A DNA stretch of 64,000 nucleotides, taken from a virus. Its lineage: Duplodnaviria > Caudoviricetes. The notes below the pieces were generated by a model, which was not told the DNA's origin, did not search any database, and saw nothing but the letters and a program-made list of their open reading frames with translations. Position 1 is the first letter of the stretch. Each line of letters opens with the position of its first letter. Positions 29,691 through 40,171 of the stretch are shown here, piece after piece. The DNA lies in IMG/VR virus record IMGVR_UViG_3300031998_000008, positions 128,001 to 192,000 of that record, one strand, 5' to 3'. Position numbers and translations under genes: made by a program.

Positions 29691-32351
29691 TTAAAATTTT
29701 GTTTTACTTATTTTGTTGTATATTTTGTTAAAGTTTTCGGCCATTTGTGTTATCTGACTGTTTACTATGGCATCAACTTTTTGTTGGTTTGCTTGTGTAT
29801 TTGGTGCGGCAGGTGTTGTTATTGCTGTCAATCTGTTTTTATCTGCATAGAATCTACATTCAATATCATTACCTGTTTCATCGTCTTGTAAGTTCATTGT
29901 TACAAGCATTATACCTGCACCCACATGTACATCCTTTATATATTCTTTGTTTATACCGTTTGTTGACGGGAATATTATATTTTTGCTTCCAATTAAAAAT
30001 AGCCTTGTGTTGAAGAACATAACCTTATTGTCTGTTGTTGTGAATGCAAATGAGTGGTCTGGAAGTTCTGCTATTATTTTATTTGCTGTCTCAGGTATTA
30101 AAAGAGCGCCTTTATAGAAAACGTTCACTTTTTCATCTTTATATATCTTATATGCATATCCATCAGATATTATGTTACAACCATTCATTCTTTTTATGCC
30201 TGTCATTATAATTTTTTGGTATTTTGAATCATATATGCACATTTGAAGTTCCTCATTCCAAAATACAATGTATTCACCATAATCACCGATAACGCCATAT
30301 TTTTCAAAATTATATTCAGATGCATATAGTTTTGCATCATTGGCATCAAATAGACCGAGGTAAGGTTCTTGTTCGTTAATTTTAACCACGAATCTTCCAT
30401 TGTGTAATGTTTTTTCTATATTAGCAAAACTTCCTATTATTTTACCATTTTCCAAGAATATTGATACCCCATTTTGTATATCGCCATTGTTAAGCATCAT
30501 ATTATACCCAACATAAAAGTCAGTTCCGTTAACAAAGTCAATTTTTTGAAATCTTTCTTTTCTTAATGTTTTGATGTTTAAGAAATCAACGAAACCTTCT
30601 CTAAAATAAACCAAAGCAGAATATGCATTCTTAGATGGTCTTATTTTACTTGGTAGTTTTTCTATATCGCTTGAATCGTATAAGAATTCATTTTTATCTT
30701 TTAGATATATGTTATAATATTTACCGTCACCCGAATGTCTGTACCTTACGATATAGGCATTGTCTTGTAATTCTTCTTCAAGGTCATATGAATAATTAAC
30801 AGGTGTTCCCCAGTGATTTGCACTAAGATAATGCACACCAAATCTACCTCTAATATAACACATATCTTTTTCTTCGTCATATTCTATTTTATATCCCTCA
30901 TCATAGAATGGGGCATCTTTTGAAATGACTGTTTCAAAATCGTCTTTTTCAATATAGAACAATGCACTATAGCCATTTGAATAATTTACTTGAATGAATG
31001 AGCCATCTGAGTAATAATCAAGGTATCCGTCACCTCTTGATATTTCGCTATATAAAAATTCGGGATTTACAATGACATCATAATCAGACATTGTATTAAG
31101 GTCCCCAACCGGTATCATGTAATCACATTCACTTTTTTCATCACACACAAACAATGTGTTTCTGTCGGTGATAAACCAAGCAAGACTGCCTGTTCCATAT
31201 GACTGTTCATTTTTAAGTGGTGATGCTGTCCAATATGACGAATTTCTGCTTCCATTATTTTCTTTATAGCAAGCAAAAAACTCGTTTGCTGTTGTTCTTA
31301 ATATAATACATGGATAAGCATCTTCTCCATAATATTCATTGTAGAATGGCTCAACAACACAGTCTTCTGGATTGTTTGGCACTGGTTTAAGGCAAATTGG
31401 GTCTGATTCATCATCACCATCATAAACAAACCATTCACCGTCAGGACTATAAACAGGAACTTCATCGTTTGATTTTACCAATAACAATAATTCATGGTAA
31501 CTATCTTCACTTCCTTTCAATGTATATCCGTTTTCACGTCTTATTACATAGTAATCATTCCAATCATCTTCTGTGTATTCTCTTTCTCTTTCATATTCAC
31601 CGTTGATTACTTGTGCGTATCTTTCATCCTGTTCACCATAGAAATCAACAACCTCTTGCGGCATGTGAATATTTTCAAATTCAACTCTATTATCTCTTGA
31701 ATCCATTAACTCGCCATAGAAATTTCTATACTCGAAAAGGAATTGATACCTTTTATATGGATATTCTTTTTTATCAACGGGGCATATTTCGCCTCTTCTC
31801 ATGTCGAAGTTAATCCATAATGGTCCATATTCGGTATATCTTCTATAATATCCTGGCCCATCACCAAATGCACCTGCCGTACACCATTTACACCCTTGTC
31901 CTAATTTTACTGATGCTTGATATGAATGAGGTACTGCTATCTTCCAATCTGGGGTGTCATACACAATTTCATAATTATCCTCAGGACCGCCATTTCCAAC
32001 TTTTGTTAAAACGGGGTCATTTGTTGGGAGCATTCTTACGGCTTCCTCTATTGAGCCAACACTTGATAGGTTTAATCCACTGTTTTGTCTTGATTGGAAA
32101 TACTCAAAAATCTCTCTGAATTTATCTTCTTTAACTAATTTTACAATTAATTTACTTTCAGAATCCCAATGTATTAAAGCCCATTTTGTATATGATTTTT
32201 TCTTTGTTGGGTCAGCGTTTAGTATATTTTCAAATATTTCCTCAGGAACGCCCTTTCCCTCAACAAATTGATAATGTAATATCCTTTTTATTTCTTCGGG
32301 TGATTTTGCTTCGTTCAATAAATCATTATAATATTCTTCTAATCCAAACAT
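29691..32351 (-). CDS. Large WC-motif (PcfJ-like) protein, paralog of 27144-29687
   Basis: First ~240 aa highly similar to the neighbour; divergent beta-rich C-terminus. Confidence 0.6.
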   Translation of the reverse strand: MFGLEEYYNDLLNEAKSPEEIKRILHYQFVEGKGVPEEIFENILNADPTKKKSYTKWALIHWDSESKLIVKLVKEDKFREIFEYFQSRQNSGLNLSSVGSIEEAVRMLPTNDPVLTKVGNGGPEDNYEIVYDTPDWKIAVPHSYQASVKLGQGCKWCTAGAFGDGPGYYRRYTEYGPLWINFDMRRGEICPVDKKEYPYKRYQFLFEYRNFYGELMDSRDNRVEFENIHMPQEVVDFYGEQDERYAQVINGEYEREREYTEDDWNDYYVIRRENGYTLKGSEDSYHELLLLVKSNDEVPVYSPDGEWFVYDGDDESDPICLKPVPNNPEDCVVEPFYNEYYGEDAYPCIILRTTANEFFACYKENNGSRNSSYWTASPLKNEQSYGTGSLAWFITDRNTLFVCDEKSECDYMIPVGDLNTMSDYDVIVNPEFLYSEISRGDGYLDYYSDGSFIQVNYSNGYSALFYIEKDDFETVISKDAPFYDEGYKIEYDEEKDMCYIRGRFGVHYLSANHWGTPVNYSYDLEEELQDNAYIVRYRHSGDGKYYNIYLKDKNEFLYDSSDIEKLPSKIRPSKNAYSALVYFREGFVDFLNIKTLRKERFQKIDFVNGTDFYVGYNMMLNNGDIQNGVSIFLENGKIIGSFANIEKTLHNGRFVVKINEQEPYLGLFDANDAKLYASEYNFEKYGVIGDYGEYIVFWNEELQMCIYDSKYQKIIMTGIKRMNGCNIISDGYAYKIYKDEKVNVFYKGALLIPETANKIIAELPDHSFAFTTTDNKVMFFNTRLFLIGSKNIIFPSTNGINKEYIKDVHVGAGIMLVTMNLQDDETGNDIECRFYADKNRLTAITTPAAPNTQANQQKVDAIVNSQITQMAENFNKIYNKISKTKF

Positions 32352-32449
32352 TCCAAATGCTATATTTAATGATAAATAGTTTTGACAAATGAATTGTTTT
32401 TTTTTATGTATTTTATTAAAATAAACTATTTATAAAAAAATAAAAAAAT

Positions 32450-32821
32450 ATGAAAAAATACTATATAGATTTTATATGCGCATTACATGGATATTCAATA
32501 AGAGTTAAAGAAATCCATTGGAATACAACAAGTAATGCGGAACATCTTATATGTGATGAAATAAATAATTGTATTTCTGATTTTGAAGACAATTTCACTG
32601 AGTGTTGTATGGGTATTGAAGGTAAACATTTTCAAATTGGAAAATTACTACCAATGTTACCAAATTCAGAAAGTCTTATTCCATTGTTAAAGGAGTTAGA
32701 AAAAGATATTTTAAAAATGAAAAAATTATGTAATGATACAACTGAAAGTGGATTGGTAAATATATTAGATGATGCAATGCAAAATATAAGCAAATATAAG
32801 TATAGAGCAAGCCAAAAATAA
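32450..32821 (+). CDS. Ferritin/Dps-like four-helix protein
   Basis: KEIHWNT..EHL.CDE..D.F.E pattern. Confidence 0.6.
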   Translation: MKKYYIDFICALHGYSIRVKEIHWNTTSNAEHLICDEINNCISDFEDNFTECCMGIEGKHFQIGKLLPMLPNSESLIPLLKELEKDILKMKKLCNDTTESGLVNILDDAMQNISKYKYRASQK

Positions 32822-32839
32822 AAAAAAAACAATAATAAA

Positions 32840-33340
32840 ATGTCTAAATATATAAATGACCCAAGAGAAATTGCCATAAGGCCGGAAAGTGGTGTTACTC
32901 TTGAAGAAGACAATAGAATTGAAACCATGTATCATTGGGGTGCTAAAGTTCTTGATTTGTGTGATTTACCTATTGAAGAATATATGAAACCCATGACTGT
33001 AAATATAAATGGTATTAATCCAGAAAGCTGATAGACTGGTTCAACATTGTTTATTTATTATTCATTTTATCCAAAATCATAAAAGTATTTTTATTCAAAA
33101 ATATTAAATTTTACATTTGAAAATGCTAAAGATGAAGAAGGCGTTGAAATTTTATTAAATACAAACATATCAAATGAATATGTTTCTGAAGCAGAAAAAT
33201 TTGATAATGAAATAGCCCATTATAATGGAGATAACGCACAAGAATTATTGTATAAATGGATTTATGACTACAAACTTTTAGATAAATATATTTTAAAGAC
33301 ATATATTCCGTATCAAATTGAAGAAAATAGAGAATTTTAA
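32840..33340 (+). pseudogene. Interrupted ORF (63 aa ORF that continues in frame through TGA, TAG and TAA)
   Basis: Stops at 33029, 33032 and 33080; the same frame is then open to TAA 33338-33340. Confidence 0.55.
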
Positions 33341-33361
33341 TCATAGTTAATTATTAAAAAG

Positions 33362-33392
33362 AAATCCCATGACTTTTAGTTGTGGGATTTTT
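33362..33392 (+). terminator. Intrinsic terminator
   Basis: AAATCCCA/TGGGATTT + T-run. Confidence 0.7.
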
Positions 33393-33439
33393 TGTTTTTT
33401 AAGGATTTTATTTGTATTATTAAACAAAATGTACATTTA

Positions 33440-34486
33440 ATGCAACGAATTTACAAAATGATAACGAATTTGCTTGGTGAAAGCAAACAAGGTTCTTATG
33501 ATAACGGCATAACTCAATATCAGTTCAATTGTCCTAATTGTGCTGAGGAAAAGGGCTATGTTGATAATAAGTACAATTTGGAAATTTCGTTCTCAATTGG
33601 AAAGTATCACTGTTGGTCATGCGGAATCTCAGGTAATTTATCATCTTTGATAAAATCGTTAGGTGGAAAAGAAATGTACAATGAATATTTTAGGATTATT
33701 ACTGATATTAAAGAAAGTAAGTATTATAATCTTGATTTATTCAAAGATAACGGTGATATTTTTGATGAAAGATTCTTAAAATTACCGCCAACATTCACAA
33801 AGATTGACTTGAATACCAATATAAATAAAAATCTTAGAGCATATCTTGAAAAGAGAAAGATAACTCAGGACATAATTGACTTTTATAATATTGGAATAAC
33901 AAGATGGGATGGAGAAGAATATAAATGGAGAAACAGAATTGTAATACCTTCATATAACTCAGCAGGTGACTTGAATTACTTTATTGGTAGAACGTATGCT
34001 GAAAACGATAAAAGGCGTAAATACATGAACTGTGATGCAAATAAAAACGATATAGTTCTCCATGAAGACAAAATTCAATGGGATTGCGACATTTATCTTG
34101 TTGAAGGTGCTATTGACTGTATATATTATCCTAATTCAATTGGAATGATGGGTAAATTTATAGATGATGATAGTGAGTTATATAAAAAATTAGTACAAAA
34201 GGCTAATGCAAATGTAATAATTTGCCTTGATAGTGATACTGATATTAATGATACGAAGAGAATTTATTTAACTCTTAATAAAGGCAGATTATATAATAAG
34301 ATAAGATATATAAGATTGGGAACAGATGAATTGCCATGGAAAGACTTTGGTGAAATATATGAAGAATGTGGCAAGGATGGAATAATAAAAGCCATGAGAA
34401 CAGCCAAACAATTTAGTACAATAGAATTAACAGTTAATTATGATAACAAAAATAAAAAATATAGCAAGTATTTTATGAAAAATTAA
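33440..34486 (+). CDS. DNA primase (Zn finger + TOPRIM)
   Basis: CPNC..HCWSCG, YLEKRKI, RIVIP, LVEGAIDC, CLDSD, KDFGE. Confidence 0.85.
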   Translation: MQRIYKMITNLLGESKQGSYDNGITQYQFNCPNCAEEKGYVDNKYNLEISFSIGKYHCWSCGISGNLSSLIKSLGGKEMYNEYFRIITDIKESKYYNLDLFKDNGDIFDERFLKLPPTFTKIDLNTNINKNLRAYLEKRKITQDIIDFYNIGITRWDGEEYKWRNRIVIPSYNSAGDLNYFIGRTYAENDKRRKYMNCDANKNDIVLHEDKIQWDCDIYLVEGAIDCIYYPNSIGMMGKFIDDDSELYKKLVQKANANVIICLDSDTDINDTKRIYLTLNKGRLYNKIRYIRLGTDELPWKDFGEIYEECGKDGIIKAMRTAKQFSTIELTVNYDNKNKKYSKYFMKN

Positions 34487-34520
34487 AATTACATAACTAT
34501 TTATAATAAAATACTTATAT

Positions 34521-35438
34521 ATGAAAAAGCTTTCTAATATTGAATTTATTGAACGTTCAAAAAAAATACATGGTGATAAATATGACTATTCAAAAGTTGA
34601 ATATGTAAATAATAAAACGAAAGTATGTATAATTTGTCCTGAACATGGAGAATTTTGGCAAAAGCCTGAAATTCATTTAATGGGCTGCGGATGTCATGAA
34701 TGTAAATCAGAAAATATAAAGAAAAGTAAAACGACTTCATTTTATGAATTTGTTGAAAAAGCAAATAAAGTGCATAAAGGAAAATATGCTTACCATGAAG
34801 ATTCGTATAGTAAAATCGCTAATAAAACAAAAATAACATGTCCAATACATGGAGATTTTTGGCAAGAAGCAAGGAGTCATTTAAATGGGTTTGGCTGTAA
34901 AAAATGTTCACATTTATATATGGATAAAGAAATTTTTATTACAAAAGCAAATATAATACATAATAATAAGTATGATTATTCAAAAGTTGAATATGTTAAT
35001 GCAAAAACAAAAGTATGTATAATTTGTCCTGAACATGGCGTGTTTTGGCAATCGCCAGATAAACATATCTCAAGAAAACAAGGATGCCCAATGTGTTATC
35101 AGAGTCATTTGGAAGAGGAAACAATGCGTTTTTTAATTGAAAACAATATAAAATATGAATTTCAAAAAAAATTTGAATGGCTTGGTAAACAAAGTTTAGA
35201 TTTTTATTTACCTGATTATAATTTAGGTATTGAATGCCAAGGAATTCAACATTTTGAGCCTATTGACTTTGCAAATAAAGGGATTGAATGGAGTAAAAAT
35301 AATTTTGAAAAAATAAAAAATTTTGATAAATTAAAAAAAGAAAAATTAAAAGAAAATAATATTAATTTAGAATATATTGATTATAGAGATAATGTTCAAA
35401 ATAAATTATTAAACATAATAAAAAAATATGATAACTAA
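34521..35438 (+). CDS. Free-standing homing-endonuclease-like protein (DUF723-type Zn repeats + Vsr/DUF559-like nuclease)
   Basis: Three HG.KYDYSKVEY..KTKVCIICPEHG.FWQ repeats; LDFYLPDYNLGIECQGIQH. Confidence 0.75.
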   Translation: MKKLSNIEFIERSKKIHGDKYDYSKVEYVNNKTKVCIICPEHGEFWQKPEIHLMGCGCHECKSENIKKSKTTSFYEFVEKANKVHKGKYAYHEDSYSKIANKTKITCPIHGDFWQEARSHLNGFGCKKCSHLYMDKEIFITKANIIHNNKYDYSKVEYVNAKTKVCIICPEHGVFWQSPDKHISRKQGCPMCYQSHLEEETMRFLIENNIKYEFQKKFEWLGKQSLDFYLPDYNLGIECQGIQHFEPIDFANKGIEWSKNNFEKIKNFDKLKKEKLKENNINLEYIDYRDNVQNKLLNIIKKYDN

Positions 35439-36285
35439 AATAATTGCTTGTGCTGATATTCATATTCCTGCTGTTAAGGGAATTGATGAATTAAAGGAAA
35501 TTTTATCAAATTTCATTGAACAATGTAGAAAAATTGTTAATGAGGAAGGAAGTAATTGTGTTAGGATTGTTATAGCTGGCGATATACTTCATAATAAAAT
35601 TTCTATTACAAACGAATCAATTCTTGCGGCACATTGGTTTTTTTCACAATTGGACCAAATATGTAAAACATATGTTATAATTGGAAATCACGATTTTTTG
35701 ATGAATAATATGGATAGGGTTGATTCTTTAAGTCCTCTTTTTAGTATTGCTGGATATAAACAGGTAGTTTTCTTGGATAAAGAATTGGGCTGTCAATCAG
35801 GAATCTATGACGATGAAAATGTGTCATGGTGTCTCTATTCATCATTTAATGGTTTTAATAGGCCCGATATAGACGCACACAAGGTACTTAATGCTGAAAC
35901 TGATAAAAAGGATAACTTTTATGTCGGAATCATCCACGGTGAAGTAAATGGGGCTATAACGGTAACTAATTACGTTTCCGAAACAGGAGTTTCACAGGAT
36001 ATGTTCGATGGATGCGATTTTGTTATTGCCGGCCATATACACAAGAGACAGGAACTAAAGAAAAACGATGTGAAAATAGTTTATTGTTCAAGCATTAATC
36101 AAAAAGAATATGGTGAATCAATTACTGGCCATGGATTTGTTCTTTGGGATATTGATGTTGATGATAAACTTGATATATCATATAAATATGTTGATGTGCC
36201 AAATCCAAATGGTGGGTTCTATAAATTTGAAATTAACGACATTTCCGATTTGGAAAAAGACGAAGAAGAATTAATAAATTATTAA
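35428..36285 (+). CDS. Metallophosphoesterase, SbcD/Mre11/gp47-like nuclease subunit
   Basis: ADIH, AGDILH, IGNHD, AGHIHK. Confidence 0.8.
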   Translation: MITKIIACADIHIPAVKGIDELKEILSNFIEQCRKIVNEEGSNCVRIVIAGDILHNKISITNESILAAHWFFSQLDQICKTYVIIGNHDFLMNNMDRVDSLSPLFSIAGYKQVVFLDKELGCQSGIYDDENVSWCLYSSFNGFNRPDIDAHKVLNAETDKKDNFYVGIIHGEVNGAITVTNYVSETGVSQDMFDGCDFVIAGHIHKRQELKKNDVKIVYCSSINQKEYGESITGHGFVLWDIDVDDKLDISYKYVDVPNPNGGFYKFEINDISDLEKDEEELINY

Positions 36286-36295
36286 AATTTACAAT

Positions 36296-36961
36296 ATGAA
36301 CGAAGATTTTAGAAAATTTGCAGTTAGCCAAGGTATTAACGGAAATACCTTTGATGCCTATAAAAAGGCTACAAACGGAATTATAAGTCCAACAATTCTT
36401 GAGGAAAGACATCTCAATGTTGCAACAATGGACATCTTTTCAAGATTAATGTTCGATAGAATTATTGTTCTTGGTACTGAAATTAATGAAGATGTTGCTA
36501 ACATTGTAACTTCTCAATTAATGTATTTGAATTCAGTTGATTCTGATTCAGATATTAAGTTGTTCATCAATTCTCCTGGCGGAAGTGTTATTGATGGCCT
36601 TGCAATCTATGACATTATGAACTGGGTTGAGCCTGATGTTGCAACATACACAATGGGTATGGCTGCTTCTATGGGTTCTATTTTGCTTTCTTCAGGTGCA
36701 AAAGGTAAAAGATATTCCTTACCGCACAGCAAAATTATGATTCACCAAGTAAGCGGTTACGCAGGTGGTCAATATTCAGACATTAAGATTTGGGCTGAAG
36801 AAATTAAGAAGCACCAAAGCGAACTTTACAACATCCTTGCTGAAAACACAGGAAAATCATTTGAGCAAATTGAAAAGGATGCTGACCGTGACCATTGGTT
36901 CACAGCAAAAGAGGCTCTTGAATATGGCCTTATTGACGAAATAATTGAGAAAAAGAAATGA
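36296..36961 (+). CDS. clpP: ATP-dependent Clp protease proteolytic subunit
   Basis: DIFSRLMFDRII, INSPGGSV, GMAASMGS, IMIHQ, DRDHWFTAKEALEYGLID. Confidence 0.96.
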   Translation: MNEDFRKFAVSQGINGNTFDAYKKATNGIISPTILEERHLNVATMDIFSRLMFDRIIVLGTEINEDVANIVTSQLMYLNSVDSDSDIKLFINSPGGSVIDGLAIYDIMNWVEPDVATYTMGMAASMGSILLSSGAKGKRYSLPHSKIMIHQVSGYAGGQYSDIKIWAEEIKKHQSELYNILAENTGKSFEQIEKDADRDHWFTAKEALEYGLIDEIIEKKK

Positions 36962-36965
36962 TTGA

Positions 36966-37979
36966 ATGAATTTAATTGAACCAAAGGCTGAATATATTTC
37001 ACAAGGATATAGCCTTGAAGACATTTATAAAAAAATAGAATTTTGCGGAAGAACTTGTTATAAATCAGAAGATAAAATAACAGACACATCATCAACTGAT
37101 TTTGTCAATAGAATGATTAAATCAGGACATGGAGCAATGCTTGAACATGGAACAATTTACTTGAAGTGTGATGACATGGGTCCTGATGAATATGGTCATG
37201 TTAATTGTATAATACCGTTAAAGGGAAATTATTCAAAGAATCCATATTCAAAAGTTAATTTTGTTAATTGGGAACAAGAGCCTGATGAATTACAAAAAGA
37301 GTTCTGTAAGGTAATTCCAAGAACAACATTATATATTACTACAAACTTCCGTGTTATTGTTGAAAACGGATGGGAAGAAGACTTGAAATACATTTGTGAG
37401 CCAACGGAATTCCATGAAAAGAGATACACAGTAAAATTAACTACCGACATTGGCGTAACAAGAGAAGGAAACAGGCATAGAAAAAATTCAATTGCTGAAG
37501 AATCAACAAGGTATTGTAATTATACTAAGGAAAAATTCGGCGGAGAAATAAAAGTTGCAAAACACGCTTGGTTTACTGATGAAGATGTTGATTTCTTGAC
37601 ATCAGAAGATAGAGACTCTATAAAAGATTTGGAAAATTATTTCAGAATTGTTCTTGAAGAAATTAGAACAGAGAAAACTTTAATGCACCCAATAGATTAT
37701 TGGTATTTCTCAATGCTTGTTTCAAATTACAATTACAACAAACTCATTGAAACCGGGTGGATTGCACAACAAGCACGTACCGTATTAACATTATCAACTA
37801 AGTCTGATATTGTTTATACAGCATTTGCATCAGATTGGAAGCATTTCTTTAATTTAAGATTGTATGGTACGACTGGAAAACCGCATCCTGATATGTTAGC
37901 ATTGGCTGAAAAAATGAAGGATGAGTTTGAAAAGAATGGTGTGTTTGATGACATTATCAATGGCTTCAAATGCCAATGA
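36966..37979 (+). CDS. thyX: Flavin-dependent thymidylate synthase
   Basis: GRTCYKS, GHGAMLEH, REGNRHR..SIAEESTRYCNY, HFFNLR. Confidence 0.9.
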   Translation: MNLIEPKAEYISQGYSLEDIYKKIEFCGRTCYKSEDKITDTSSTDFVNRMIKSGHGAMLEHGTIYLKCDDMGPDEYGHVNCIIPLKGNYSKNPYSKVNFVNWEQEPDELQKEFCKVIPRTTLYITTNFRVIVENGWEEDLKYICEPTEFHEKRYTVKLTTDIGVTREGNRHRKNSIAEESTRYCNYTKEKFGGEIKVAKHAWFTDEDVDFLTSEDRDSIKDLENYFRIVLEEIRTEKTLMHPIDYWYFSMLVSNYNYNKLIETGWIAQQARTVLTLSTKSDIVYTAFASDWKHFFNLRLYGTTGKPHPDMLALAEKMKDEFEKNGVFDDIINGFKCQ

Positions 37980-37980
37980 A

Positions 37981-38130
37981 TTACATGTGAGACTTAAAAA
38001 CTATTTGTCTCTTTTGTGTTCTTGAACCTCTTCTTGTACCATTTGAATAGGTTTGTGCAGGTTTCTTTACAATCTGTTTAACAGATGTAACCTGTCTTGA
38101 TGATGAAGTATTTCCTTTACATGCGCACAT
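37981..38130 (-). CDS. 49-aa basic late peptide (not in ORF track)
   Basis: MCACKGNTSSSRQVTSVKQIVKKPAQTYSNGTRRGSRTQKRQIVFKSHM*, with TATTTAT motif at 38149-38156. Confidence 0.6.
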   Translation of the reverse strand: MCACKGNTSSSRQVTSVKQIVKKPAQTYSNGTRRGSRTQKRQIVFKSHM

Positions 38131-38276
38131 AATTTAATAATTTTAATTATAAATAGTGTATGTGCTTGATTTTTTGGAAGAAAATTTGTATATTATGATA
38201 AAATCAAGGTAATTCCTTGCGTTGCTTTGGTTTTTGACATTAGCAAGGTAATAATAATTTAATAATTTTTAAAGTT

Positions 38277-38306
38277 ATGAGATACTAGGTTTTGTGGCCC
38301 CCTTAA
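38277..38306 (+). promoter_or_regulatory. Putative leader uORF MRY(TAG)VLWPP*
   Basis: ATG AGA TAC TAG GTT TTG TGG CCC CCT TAA after an A/T-rich initiation region. Confidence 0.4.
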
Positions 38307-38381
38307 TCGTTAATTCTTATTATGTTGGGTTAAAAAATATGTGAAAACAAAAAATAATAATTACAAATAAAAAGATTAACG

Positions 38382-38786
38382 ATGAAAGAAGAAGTAAAAC
38401 AATTAAGAGAAGAAATTGCAGCCTTGGAAAAAGAACAAATCAACATGAAGGCTCAAAGAAAGACCGTCAATTTGAAAGTTGAAAGAACGGTCAACCCATT
38501 TGAAGCAGCAGATAACGTAAGATACAATAGAGGTAAATTAAGAGTTATGTATGCTGCATACGGACTGATGAGAGGTAAACGATTCGAGCAAATCGAAAAC
38601 CACTATGACAAAGAAAATAACGAGATTCACCCATTATACGGGCTTGCATCTAACATAAACGACATATTGAAGAAGTATGGCTACACGATGGAGTACGAAG
38701 AAGTACAGACATGGTACGGTAAGAGGAAAGAATTTAAAAAAGATTGCGATGAAAAGATTGTACGTATTGGTGAACAGGAGGCTTAA
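38382..38786 (+). CDS. Hypothetical protein
   Basis: 134 aa ORF, coiled-coil N-terminus. Confidence 0.6.
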   Translation: MKEEVKQLREEIAALEKEQINMKAQRKTVNLKVERTVNPFEAADNVRYNRGKLRVMYAAYGLMRGKRFEQIENHYDKENNEIHPLYGLASNINDILKKYGYTMEYEEVQTWYGKRKEFKKDCDEKIVRIGEQEA

Positions 38787-39036
38787 TCCTGTTTATGGAT
38801 GTGTACAAGGCGGTCATGCAGTCGCTCAGTTTATGATAGACAACCCTAATCAGGATTGGGGAAACGAGTTTTTGATTTATTTGTACGCAGACGTTGATAG
38901 GTGGGCTGATAAATTGAAGAATATGGGTGTTAAACATTCAATCTTCAAAGAGCCTGATTTGAACAATTCCATAACAGCAATCGCTTGTCAAGATGATTCT
39001 GGGGAGTTATTCAAAAATTTAAGCGTAGTTAAATAA
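38749..39036 (+). CDS. Peptidyl-tRNA hydrolase PTH2-like protein
   Basis: KRLYVLVNRRL..VQGGHAV..FKEPDLNNSITAIA. Confidence 0.65.
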   Translation: MKRLYVLVNRRLNPVYGCVQGGHAVAQFMIDNPNQDWGNEFLIYLYADVDRWADKLKNMGVKHSIFKEPDLNNSITAIACQDDSGELFKNLSVVK

Positions 39037-39075
39037 CTTAAAAAAGGTATATGGGGAACCTATAATCCCCATAAT

Positions 39076-39146
39076 GGTTCATTGGGCCATCGGTTGGCCA
39101 GGCGTCTCTAAAACGCTAAAGAAGGGTTCGACTCCCTTATGAGCCG
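39076..39146 (+). tRNA. Amber suppressor tRNA (anticodon CTA)
   Basis: Cloverleaf GGTTCAT/ATGAGCC; anticodon arm GGCGT-CTCTAAA-ACGCT; T loop TTCGACT. Confidence 0.85.
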
Positions 39147-39176
39147 CTACCAATAAGATTAAACAAATACTATGAA

Positions 39177-39584
39177 ATGGGTAGAGCGTGTAAGAAAACT
39201 GCTTCAAAAAAGCAAGTTGTAGATGATGATTATGAAGATTATGATGACTATGAAGATGATGACAAATTAAAGGATTATAGTTGTTATAATGAAGAAGATG
39301 CAAAGAACAAACATGGTATTGAATTCAATATTTCTGTAAATTCTAAAGACGCTGACGCTGTTCGTAATGCGCTTATTAAGGCTGGCCATGTTAAAATAGC
39401 AGACAAACTCGAAATAAAACGTGAACTTTCAATAATGCATGAAGTTATGGCTTGTGAAGGTAGTAATATCTTGCAAAAGGCCGATAATTGCATTGAAAAG
39501 TGGAGAAAAGCAAACGATTATAACGTTTCAACAGACACAAGAGAGCCAAAATATAAAATGGTACATAAGGTTCTTGCAAAATAA
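39177..39584 (+). CDS. Hypothetical protein
   Basis: ORF track; acidic DDY repeats. Confidence 0.55.
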   Translation: MGRACKKTASKKQVVDDDYEDYDDYEDDDKLKDYSCYNEEDAKNKHGIEFNISVNSKDADAVRNALIKAGHVKIADKLEIKRELSIMHEVMACEGSNILQKADNCIEKWRKANDYNVSTDTREPKYKMVHKVLAK

Positions 39585-40171
39585 TGAAACATCAAGGGAC
39601 TACATCAAATGACTATTGGTATGCGCCCGATGGAGATAGATATAATTTTGTTAGAATGAAAACCTTACCAGGATACGAATCAAATGATTGTTTTGGCGAT
39701 TTTGATTTATACAGAGCAAATCCTTATGTCGGGCCTGTTATTGTAAGTGATATAACATGCGATTATGCTGCACATTCACCTTATGTTGCATCACTTGACT
39801 ATGATGACTATTTCTATACAAGAGAACATTATGGTCCATGTTATAATATGACATTGACTTGCAACAATCCACTTATATTAAGACGAATTCTTGAATTGAT
39901 AAGAGAATATGATTTTTCAGATTGTGGAATTGATTATAAAAAATGTCTAAATACAACTTTAACATATGTTGGTAAAGTTGATAAAGAAGAAGATTTGCCA
40001 AAAATTGCAAAACTCGGAGAGGTTTGTATTGCAGACAATAAAATGTTTGTTTACGGAGGTGATGGATGGGAAATGATAACTGATATGGTCCAAGAGGAAG
40101 AAGAAACTGAATGTAAAATGGAAATCTGTAAATATAAGAGAAGACATAGAGTTTTGTATGGAGCAATGTAA
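39584..40171 (+). CDS. Hypothetical protein
   Basis: ORF coupled to the previous one (TAATG). Confidence 0.55.
   Translation: MKHQGTTSNDYWYAPDGDRYNFVRMKTLPGYESNDCFGDFDLYRANPYVGPVIVSDITCDYAAHSPYVASLDYDDYFYTREHYGPCYNMTLTCNNPLILRRILELIREYDFSDCGIDYKKCLNTTLTYVGKVDKEEDLPKIAKLGEVCIADNKMFVYGGDGWEMITDMVQEEEETECKMEICKYKRRHRVLYGAM

Noticed and set aside
38971-38980. Extra ATAACAGCAA copy
   Set aside because: Inside the Pth2-like CDS (ITAI) with no flanking helix; chance match
39076-39146. tRNA-Pyl
   Set aside because: Has a canonical TTCGA T loop, 5-bp anticodon stem and 2-nt acceptor-D linker, unlike tRNA-Pyl
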